From Candidatus Nomurabacteria bacterium (lineage in GTDB: Bacteria; Patescibacteriota; Minisyncoccia; Phycocordibacterales; UBA9973), in assembly GCA_023267195.1 (NCBI GenBank), contig JAHFNT010000003.1:77200-121967 (forward strand): a DNA stretch of 44,768 nucleotides, in the 5' to 3' direction. Of this stretch, positions 18,164-25,688 are shown in pieces. A model generated the notes under the pieces. That model was not told the DNA's origin and made no database searches. It saw only the letters and a list, made by a program, of their open reading frames with translations. A program made the position numbers and the translations under genes. The stretch's first letter is position 1. Each line of letters starts with the position of its first letter.

Positions 18164-19297
18164 ATGAAAAAACTTTTTCCATACATTCTAATACTGATTT
18201 CATTAATAGGGTTGTTTAACCCGATCACTCAGACAGAAGCTCAAAGTCTTTTGGGAACTTGTACGTTTACCGATGGGAGAGAACCACTTTTAAATGTTCC
18301 AGCAGAAGAATGTACCTTTATTTTAAATGGTGGGTTTTGGACTCAAAACCAAGGAACGGGGGGAGGAGCAACACAAACTACAAACTCAAACAGTTTAGGA
18401 ACTTGCAGACAAGGCACAGCAGGTGAGCCAATCCAAAACATGACAGAAAAGGATTGTAAAGCTCAGGGGGATGGATGGATCTGGATTTCTTATTATTATA
18501 ATTTAGCCCCACTACCTTGTACTAGCACAGGCCCCAATGACACCTCCTGTGTTAATGGAAAACTTACAACTTTTGACCCTACCCAGCCCAACAACCTAGG
18601 CGCGTATCTGAATTTAATGCTAAAACTATTTATTGGTATTTGCGCGGTTTTGGCAGTCATAATGATTATCATGGGTGGAATCGAGTATATGACGAGCGAG
18701 ATTGCTAATACTAAAGAAGACGGCAAGAATAGAATTACCAACGCAATCTTCGGACTCCTCTTGGCTTTGGGTGCGTATATACTTCTTTTTACCATAAATC
18801 CAAATTTGCTGAACACTGAACTAAAAAGTTTGACGACTGTGACAGTTAATGTAACTTTAGCTGATGCCATACCAAGCGATACAGGTACCCCACCCGGAAT
18901 CACTAGTGGATGTAGCTCTGGAATAGTAAAAACTACTATCAGTATGTTCGCTTGCTCTGATATTCTTAATAACGTTAACGCGATGCTTGCTGCTTCTAAA
19001 AGCGCCGGACTTAATATAACCGGTGGAGGGTATAGATCATTTGAACAGCAAAAACAATTAAGAATAAAGTATTGCAAGGGTGATTATCAAAACCCAAATG
19101 CGCCATGTGATCCACCAACAGCACTCCCTGGAATGTCAAACCATAATAATGGCAAGGCTTTTGATCTCCAGTGTGATGGAGTCTTTATTCAAACCAGAGA
19201 CAATAAGTGTTTTGTATGGTTACAAGCAAATGCTGGCAAATATGGTCTTTATAATTTACCATCAGAGCCCTGGCACTGGTCAGTTGATGGAAGATAA
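18164..19297 (+). CDS. T4SS pilin (TrbC/VirB2-like) domain fused to an M15 (VanY-like) peptidase
   Basis: Two-TM pilin hairpin (AVLAVIMIIMGGIEYMTS...GKNRITNAIFGLLLALGAYILLFTINP); M15 motifs GYRSFEQQ, SNHNNGKAFD, EPWHW. Confidence 0.85.
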   Translation: MKKLFPYILILISLIGLFNPITQTEAQSLLGTCTFTDGREPLLNVPAEECTFILNGGFWTQNQGTGGGATQTTNSNSLGTCRQGTAGEPIQNMTEKDCKAQGDGWIWISYYYNLAPLPCTSTGPNDTSCVNGKLTTFDPTQPNNLGAYLNLMLKLFIGICAVLAVIMIIMGGIEYMTSEIANTKEDGKNRITNAIFGLLLALGAYILLFTINPNLLNTELKSLTTVTVNVTLADAIPSDTGTPPGITSGCSSGIVKTTISMFACSDILNNVNAMLAASKSAGLNITGGGYRSFEQQKQLRIKYCKGDYQNPNAPCDPPTALPGMSNHNNGKAFDLQCDGVFIQTRDNKCFVWLQANAGKYGLYNLPSEPWHWSVDGR

Positions 19298-19309
19298 TAA
19301 TTAAATTTT

Positions 19310-20677
19310 ATGTCAAAAAGAAATTTTATACTTTTAACAATAGTCTTGATCATCATAGTTGCGGTGGTGTTTGGATTTCTCTATTTTAGAAAAGGCGCGA
19401 CTCTGCCCGGAGAAGACGGCACTGGCACCAATTTTCTTTCACAATTTAATCCTTTTGGTAGTGGCACGAAGACACCCCCTGCTACCACCCCTCCGGCCGA
19501 CGTTTCTGGATATGAACCAACACCCAAAGCAGAGGTAAAATTAAAAAAAGTTTCCAGTATGCCTATTGCCGGATTCACTGTTTATCAAAAGGAGAGATTA
19601 AAAGAAATTTCTACTCCGGAGCCGGTAGAATCTACAACACCAACTTCAGACCCCTCCCTAACCCTCCCCTTAGCAGGGGCGGGGAAAAATTCTAAAACAA
19701 TTCCAACCCAACCACCGACAGAATTTATGCCAGCCTTGAGATATGTCGCTCGTAACAACGGAAATGTTTATCAAACTTTTGCAGACAAGTTGGTAGAAAA
19801 GAAATTCTCCAACACCATAATCCCAAAAGTGTATGAAGCTCTTTTTGGTAGCGGGGGGGAGTCTGTGTTTATGCGATATTTAAAAGCGGATGGCAAAACG
19901 ATTGAAACTTTCGCTGGGAATTTACCGAAGGAATTATTAGGGGAAGAACCGACAGGAGATAAAGAAATAAAAGGCTCATTTTTGCCGGAAAATGTCAAAG
20001 ATATGAGCCTATCTCCAGATGCTTTTAGCTTATTTTATTTATTTGAAGCCGAAGACAACATAGTAGGCACAACTTTAGACCTAGCAACCAACAAAAAAAC
20101 CCAAGTGTTTGATTCAGCTTTTACTGAATGGCTATCGTGGTGGCCAAACAGCAAAACTATTACTCTCTCTACCAAACCTTCCTCTGGTATCCCGGGATAT
20201 ATGTATACCCTCGATCCTAGCAGTGCAAACAATAAAGGTCTAACACAAGTCTTGGGCAATATAAACGGACTCACTACTTTGATGAGTCCGGATGGCAAAT
20301 TTATACTCTATGGTAACGACAACTTATCTCTGAGTGTTTACCAGAAAGACACCAAAACTTCAGAACTACTCGGGGTGAGAACTCTACCGGAAAAATGTGT
20401 TTGGGGTAAAACAAGCGCGGTTGTTTATTGCGCCGTGCCAAAATTTATTGAATCAGGTGGCTACCCAGAGAAGTGGTATCAAGGGGAAACATCTTTTTCT
20501 GATCAAATTTGGAAGATAGATGTTGCAGATGGAAATGCAACTATTCTGGTTGACCCGATAACCATCGAGGGAGGGGAGGAAATAGACGGCATTAAACTAA
20601 TGGTAGATGATAGTGAAAATTATCTATTTTTTGTAAATAAAAAGGATTCCTTCCTTTGGGAATTAAAACTAAATTAA
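19310..20677 (+). CDS. Membrane-anchored beta-propeller-like protein
   Basis: N-terminal TM, P/T-rich linker, LSPD / MSPDGKFILY blades, LPEKCVW, YLFFVNKKDSFLW. Confidence 0.7.
   Translation: MSKRNFILLTIVLIIIVAVVFGFLYFRKGATLPGEDGTGTNFLSQFNPFGSGTKTPPATTPPADVSGYEPTPKAEVKLKKVSSMPIAGFTVYQKERLKEISTPEPVESTTPTSDPSLTLPLAGAGKNSKTIPTQPPTEFMPALRYVARNNGNVYQTFADKLVEKKFSNTIIPKVYEALFGSGGESVFMRYLKADGKTIETFAGNLPKELLGEEPTGDKEIKGSFLPENVKDMSLSPDAFSLFYLFEAEDNIVGTTLDLATNKKTQVFDSAFTEWLSWWPNSKTITLSTKPSSGIPGYMYTLDPSSANNKGLTQVLGNINGLTTLMSPDGKFILYGNDNLSLSVYQKDTKTSELLGVRTLPEKCVWGKTSAVVYCAVPKFIESGGYPEKWYQGETSFSDQIWKIDVADGNATILVDPITIEGGEEIDGIKLMVDDSENYLFFVNKKDSFLWELKLN
19651..19685. repeat. Single family A-related REP-like unit in frame in a linker
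   Basis: cccctccctaaccctcccct-tagc-aggggcgggga; encodes PSLTLPLAGAG. Confidence 0.7.
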
Positions 20678-20681
20678 CAAA

Positions 20682-21164
20682 TTAGATTACGCCGGTATAT
20701 TTAATTACCACTCGACGTTCACGCCCTAAACCGATGGACTCGGTTTTTAGATCTTGCGCATCAGATAAAAATTCATGAACTATTCTACGCTCAAAAGCGG
20801 ACATTGGATCAACCTCTATATTTGATTTAAAGTATCTGGCTCTCTCTGACATCATGTGAGCGACAGCCCTGATGTTTTCAATGTGTTTTTTCTGAAAACC
20901 ATTCACATCAACCAAGACACCTAAACCCCTTTCTTCACCAACATTCAACTTGGGAAGAAGTTTGGCTTCAATAATTCTATTAACAACGTGGTTTAGCGCA
21001 TGTAAACCTTCTCCGTCGTGAGAAATAAAAAGATGTGGCTCATTTACTTCTAGCGAAACCCAGACATTTTTAGGGCCATCTTCCACCACAGAAACTTCAT
21101 TCAGTTTTATCATTGTTTTGGCAAACAACTCTTTTATTAAATTTTGGATTTCTTCTTTTTTCAT
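20682..21164 (-). CDS. jag: Jag/KhpB RNA-binding protein (KH + R3H, no Jag_N domain)
   Basis: PMSAFERRIVH R3H motif, TESIG.GRERRVVI; downstream of yidC. Confidence 0.9.
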   Translation of the reverse strand: MKKEEIQNLIKELFAKTMIKLNEVSVVEDGPKNVWVSLEVNEPHLFISHDGEGLHALNHVVNRIIEAKLLPKLNVGEERGLGVLVDVNGFQKKHIENIRAVAHMMSERARYFKSNIEVDPMSAFERRIVHEFLSDAQDLKTESIGLGRERRVVIKYTGVI

Positions 21165-21191
21165 CTTTTTCTGTATAAATTTTACAACTTT

Positions 21192-21926
21192 CTATTTTAT
21201 AACCATTTTGAAATTTTTCTCTCTCTTTACATATAACTGCTGGGCTACCATAAATAGGTTGCTAGTAATCCAATACAAAGCAACAGCCCCGGAAATACTG
21301 TAAGCAATAAAAGCTACTACGAACGGGAAAATATATTTCATTTGCATATTCATACTTTTACTAAAACTCTCTGAAAAAGAGAGGGCGGAATTTGACCCAC
21401 TTGGGGTGAGAACAGGTTTAGGCATAAAATGAGCCTGTAAATACTGAGATACGCCAGCCAAAACCGCCAAAACTAAACTTTTTTGAGTTATGTCTAGAAT
21501 ACCCAAGAAAATCATATTGGCATGCTCCGGAGCCTGAATAAAAGAATAAAGGAACCCGCTTTCAAAGTTTATACCTTTGTAAAAAACATAATATAGCGCA
21601 AAAATAATAGGAATTTGGACCAAAACCAAAAGACACCCAGAGAATGGATTTACATTGTGTTTTTTATAAAGATCAAAAGTAAGGCGTGCTTGTTCTTCTT
21701 TGCTTGCTCCGCTTGCTTTAATTTTATTAAGCTCGGGAGTCAAAATATTCATCTCTGCCTGGCTTTCAATAGATTTTTGAGATAAAGGTAAAAGGATTAG
21801 TTTAACTAAGATAGTCAATATTATCACCGCTACGCCCACATCCCCACCAGGAATAATTGAAACTAAAAAGGCCAAGGCGTTTATTAATGGATGATATAGA
21901 ACAATGTTCCAGATATTGCTTAACAT
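21192..21926 (-). CDS. yidC: Membrane protein insertase YidC (short form)
   Basis: LYKKHNVNPFSGCL, QIPI, ALYWITSNLF. Confidence 0.95.
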   Translation of the reverse strand: MLSNIWNIVLYHPLINALAFLVSIIPGGDVGVAVIILTILVKLILLPLSQKSIESQAEMNILTPELNKIKASGASKEEQARLTFDLYKKHNVNPFSGCLLVLVQIPIIFALYYVFYKGINFESGFLYSFIQAPEHANMIFLGILDITQKSLVLAVLAGVSQYLQAHFMPKPVLTPSGSNSALSFSESFSKSMNMQMKYIFPFVVAFIAYSISGAVALYWITSNLFMVAQQLYVKREKNFKMVIK

Positions 21927-21956
21927 TACTCCATTCTATATGAAAAGAATTAAAAA

Positions 21957-22172
21957 TCAAACGAGAGGATCAATGTGATTCTTTTGCCAAGGATGACACC
22001 GCAAGATACGCCCGAGGCCTAAATAGGCACCCCGTAGCGCTCCGTATTTTAAAATAGCTTGTTTGGTGTATTCCGAGCAGGTCGGATAAAAAACACAGCT
22101 TGGTTTTTTTAGAGCAGAAATATTTTTCTGATAAAAATCAATTAATTTTACTAAGTATGTTTTTAATTTCAT
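21957..22172 (-). CDS. yidD: Membrane protein insertion efficiency factor YidD
   Basis: CVFYPTCSEY, RILRCHPW; ATG at 22172. Confidence 0.92.
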   Translation of the reverse strand: MKLKTYLVKLIDFYQKNISALKKPSCVFYPTCSEYTKQAILKYGALRGAYLGLGRILRCHPWQKNHIDPLV

Positions 22173-22461
22173 TTTCAAGCATTGAAATATCTTTTGGGTA
22201 TTTTTTAAAAACAAAAACCCCTAGAGTGCCGAGAGGGAAGTTTGGAAAATATTTTTTTAACAAAAAATAGCCAAGGCGCCTTAATAAATTCCTTTGCACA
22301 GCCAATTTAGCCACATTTTTGGGCACGATAAAAGAGATTTTTTTTTCTTGGGTGCCAGTATTTAAAAATTTGAAAGTTAAATGCCCGGAATTAATAAATT
22401 TCCCTTCCTTAAACACCCTTTCAACAGACTTTTTTTCGGCTCTGTTTTTTTTGGGAAGCAT
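22138..22461 (-). CDS. rnpA: Ribonuclease P protein component
   Basis: MLPKKNR, ISFIVPKNVAKLAVQRNLLRR (RNR-like motif); synteny. Confidence 0.9.
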   Translation of the reverse strand: MLPKKNRAEKKSVERVFKEGKFINSGHLTFKFLNTGTQEKKISFIVPKNVAKLAVQRNLLRRLGYFLLKKYFPNFPLGTLGVFVFKKYPKDISMLENEIKNILSKIN

Positions 22462-22479
22462 ATATTTAAAAGACAAAAA

Positions 22480-22614
22480 CTAAACGGAGAGTTTGGCGCG
22501 CCCCTTCCTCCTTCTTCGCAAAAGTACTTTTTGCCCAGTTTTTATTCTGGATCTAACTAAAAAACCATGGCTTTTGGCTCTTTTCCTCTTTTTAGGATTG
22601 TATGTGAATGACAT
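22480..22614 (-). CDS. rpmH: 50S ribosomal protein L34 (below the ORF-track cutoff)
   Basis: Manual translation [44 protein letters not shown]. Confidence 0.96.
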   Translation of the reverse strand: MSFTYNPKKRKRAKSHGFLVRSRIKTGQKVLLRRRRKGRAKLSV

Positions 22615-22620
22615 AGATAG

Positions 22621-22649
22621 AGTCTATAATAAAATTAAGGATTAGGCAA
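22621..22649 (-). promoter_or_regulatory. sigma70-type promoter of rpmH (leaderless)
   Basis: TTGCCT-17 bp-TAGACT, 6 nt before the ATG on the minus strand. Confidence 0.6.
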
Positions 22650-22661
22650 CTAGGTATTTTT

Positions 22662-22681
22662 TTATCCACATCTTATCAACA
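22662..22681 (+). promoter_or_regulatory. Two DnaA boxes upstream of dnaA
   Basis: TTATCCACA (22662-22670) and TTATCAACA (22673-22681). Confidence 0.8.
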
Positions 22682-22737
22682 TAGTTAATAAGTTTTTAAA
22701 GATGCCGCTAAATTTATAAATAGTATAATACTGAACT

Positions 22738-24078
22738 ATGAATACAAAACAGCTGTGGAAGAATTGTTTGATGCAGATTGAATCGGGGATATCTAAAGCA
22801 AATTTCAGCACGTGGTTTAAAAACACCTCAATTGTAAAGGAAGAAACTGGGATTGTGTATGTGGGTGTGCCAAATGAATTCGTGCGTGATTGGCTTATAA
22901 ACAAATATCATAAGCTTATCACCAAAACCATAGCCGATGCTTATGAAAGCATGCGCGCGGTGGAATATGTCATTACCAAAATAGAAACAGTTAAACCAGA
23001 CACAATGGTAGCGAGTGAAGCAGTAGAAAAGGAGCTGCCATTAAAAGATTTATACATAAATCCGGAGGACAATTTAAACCCGCGTTATCACTTTAATTCT
23101 TTCATTGTTGGAACATTCAACGAACTTGCCTACGCTGCTGCCCAAGCAATCATAGATTCCCCGGGAACAAAATATAACCCATTTTTCATTTATGGAGGCA
23201 CGGGACTGGGGAAAACCCACTTAATCCAAGCTGTGGGAAACGCGGTAAAGGATAAATATCCCAACAAAAAAGTGCATTACATGACTTTGGAAAAATTTGC
23301 AACGGATTTTATAAACTCACTCCAAAGCAATAAGGCAAACTCATTCAAGGAAAAGTACCGCAAATACGATCTTTTAATCATAGATGACATACAGTTTATA
23401 GGTAAAATGGAAAAAATTCAGGAAGAACTTTTCCACACCTTTAATACTTTCCACGAAAACAATAAGCAAATTATTTTTTCTTCAGACAAACATCCAAACT
23501 ACATTCCAGAACTGGCCGATCGCTTAAAATCTCGTTTTTCTGCCGGAATGATTGTGGACATATCAGAACCTGAATATGAATCCCGCTTGGCTATTTTAAA
23601 AGTAAAATTGCGTGAGTTAAATATTGATCTTGGGGAAGATTTGATAGAGTATGTGGCAGAAACAGTACAAGGTAACATCCGAGAGCTGGAGGGAAGCCTC
23701 AATCTAATTGTATGCCAATATCGTCTCAAAAATAAGCCGTTGAATCTAGCGGAAGTTAAAAATCTGCTAAAAAACAACATGAAGCCGAAGAAAAACATAG
23801 CTATAAAGGATGTTGTGAAAATAGTAAGTGAATATTACAAGCTGGAGGAAGCTTCAGTTTATGAAAAAACCAGAAAAAAAGAAATTGTCAAAGCGCGCCA
23901 GGTGGTAATGTTTTTGCTTAGGGAAGATTTTAATGTTTCTTATCCTTTAATAGGGCAAAAACTTGGGGGTAAAGACCATACGACAGTGATACATTCGTGT
24001 CTTAAAATAAAAACAGATCTAAAAAACGACCCACAACTTCTGCAGGAACTAGAACAGATAAGAATTATGTTTAAATAA
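22738..24078 (+). CDS. dnaA: Chromosomal replication initiator DnaA
   Basis: YNPFFIYGGTGLGKTHL, IDDIQF, GNIRELEG, GGKDHTTVIH. Confidence 0.99.
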   Translation: MNTKQLWKNCLMQIESGISKANFSTWFKNTSIVKEETGIVYVGVPNEFVRDWLINKYHKLITKTIADAYESMRAVEYVITKIETVKPDTMVASEAVEKELPLKDLYINPEDNLNPRYHFNSFIVGTFNELAYAAAQAIIDSPGTKYNPFFIYGGTGLGKTHLIQAVGNAVKDKYPNKKVHYMTLEKFATDFINSLQSNKANSFKEKYRKYDLLIIDDIQFIGKMEKIQEELFHTFNTFHENNKQIIFSSDKHPNYIPELADRLKSRFSAGMIVDISEPEYESRLAILKVKLRELNIDLGEDLIEYVAETVQGNIRELEGSLNLIVCQYRLKNKPLNLAEVKNLLKNNMKPKKNIAIKDVVKIVSEYYKLEEASVYEKTRKKEIVKARQVVMFLLREDFNVSYPLIGQKLGGKDHTTVIHSCLKIKTDLKNDPQLLQELEQIRIMFK

Positions 24079-24317
24079 TTGTTGATAAGTGGCTCAAAAA
24101 GCAATAATAAAGAAAGTAAAAGGTGTTAATAAAAATTTATAAAAATATACTTCTTACTTAAAAAAATAAAGTATTAATAAAATATAAAAAATTATTAGAC
24201 TTCCAAAAATAAAATTATTGATAAAATAATCAAACAACAAAAGACCCTAAACACTTATCCACTTATCCACACCACTAATATTATTAATAATTTAAATATA
24301 TAAAATATAAACAATAT
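24079..24317. other. Probable oriC (dnaA-dnaN intergenic region)
   Basis: Very AT-rich; TGTTGATAA at 24080-24088; overlapping TTATCCACT/TTATCCACA at 24255-24271 followed by trio-like cta ata tta tta ata. Confidence 0.85.
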
Positions 24318-25415
24318 ATGAAAATAGAATGCTCAATCGAAAAAATCAAAAATGCTATCTCACAAGTGGAAAGAATAACTGGTAAAAATTTAACCTTGCC
24401 AATTTTGAGTTCTGTTTTATTGGTTGCATCTTCAAACTCTCTAAAACTTAGATCCACAAATCTAAGTCTTGGTATTGAAGTTGAAATTCCAGCCAAAATT
24501 GAAAAAGAAGGGGTTCTAGCTGTTTCTGGGGCTGTGTTAAATGCCGTTTTTTCCAATGTTTCCCAGAATGATACAGTGCAGCTTGAAGAAAAAGATGGAA
24601 ATTTGTCTGTTAAAACAAAAAAGAGCCAAATAAAACTAAAAGGTCAACCGCATGAAGATTTTCCAACCATCCCAAGGGTTAGTGGAGCCAGTTTTGAAAT
24701 AGACTCAAAAAAACTAATTGACGGAATAAAGTCAGTGTATTACAGCTCTTCTGTTTCAGATATAAAACCAGAAATTTCAAGTGTTTTTTTATATGTAAAT
24801 GCCGACAATTTAGTTTTTGTATCCACAGACTCCTTTAGGTTGGCGGAGAAAAAAATAAAAATGAAAGGTTTGGAGGAAACAACTAGAATCCTTATTCCAT
24901 TTAAAAATGTTAATGAAATTCTTAGGGTTTTTGGAGATTATCATGGTTTTATCAAGGTTTGCTTAAACAAGAACCAGATTTCTTTCTCATCTGAAAATAT
25001 TTACTTGACCTCCCGTGTTATTGATGGAATTTTCCCTGATTATCGACAAATCATTCCCAAAGAATTTACCACTGAAGTGGTGGTCTTGAAGCAAGATCTC
25101 TTAAATGCCCTCAAAATATCCAACGTCTTTTCTGATAAATTCAACCAAGTTAACCTTAAAATTACTCCAAAAGAAAAAGTTTTTGAACTTTCCTCTTCCA
25201 ATAATGATATTGGGGAAAATAAAACATATTTGGATGCTGTCATAAACGGAGAGGCGATAGAACTAAGCTTTAACTATAAATATTTTTTAGACTGTTTTCA
25301 GTCTATTGCTACAGATAGCATTTCTATAAAATTTTCAGGAACCCAAAGGCCAATGGTTATATCTCCTGTTTCTGATACCTCCTTTCTTTATCTAATAATG
25401 CCGATGAATAGATAA
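24318..25415 (+). CDS. dnaN: DNA polymerase III beta sliding clamp
   Basis: STDSFRLAE, SRVIDGIFPDY, C-terminal YLIMPM. Confidence 0.98.
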   Translation: MKIECSIEKIKNAISQVERITGKNLTLPILSSVLLVASSNSLKLRSTNLSLGIEVEIPAKIEKEGVLAVSGAVLNAVFSNVSQNDTVQLEEKDGNLSVKTKKSQIKLKGQPHEDFPTIPRVSGASFEIDSKKLIDGIKSVYYSSSVSDIKPEISSVFLYVNADNLVFVSTDSFRLAEKKIKMKGLEETTRILIPFKNVNEILRVFGDYHGFIKVCLNKNQISFSSENIYLTSRVIDGIFPDYRQIIPKEFTTEVVVLKQDLLNALKISNVFSDKFNQVNLKITPKEKVFELSSSNNDIGENKTYLDAVINGEAIELSFNYKYFLDCFQSIATDSISIKFSGTQRPMVISPVSDTSFLYLIMPMNR

Positions 25416-25419
25416 TAAA

Positions 25420-25677
25420 ATGATTGAGATTAAGGATCTATTGGCTAGATTTGATCACCTCCTCCTTTCCAAGGAGAGCAAACTAGAGTCTGTGAAAAAT
25501 ATTATTTCAGAAATAATAGGGGTGAATATTAAAAAAGAAGAAATAAAAATAAAAAATAATATAATTTATTTAAACATCAAACCAATTTATAAAAATGAGA
25601 TTTTTTTAAAAAAAGATAAAATTTTCTCAAAATTTCAAGAGTCTTTTGGGACAAAGATTCCCCAAAATATCAAATAG
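25420..25677 (+). CDS. Probable DciA/DUF721-like helicase loader domain
   Basis: 85 aa directly after dnaN; IKNNIIYLNIKPIYKNEIFLKKDKI resembles the DciA KH-like fold; by-eye similarity only. Confidence 0.5.
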   Translation: MIEIKDLLARFDHLLLSKESKLESVKNIISEIIGVNIKKEEIKIKNNIIYLNIKPIYKNEIFLKKDKIFSKFQESFGTKIPQNIK

Positions 25678-25688
25678 CAACAAAATAT

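Noticed and set aside
6202-20677. Integrative conjugative element or prophage
   Set aside because: No integrase, relaxase, att repeats or phage genes; flanked by housekeeping genes.
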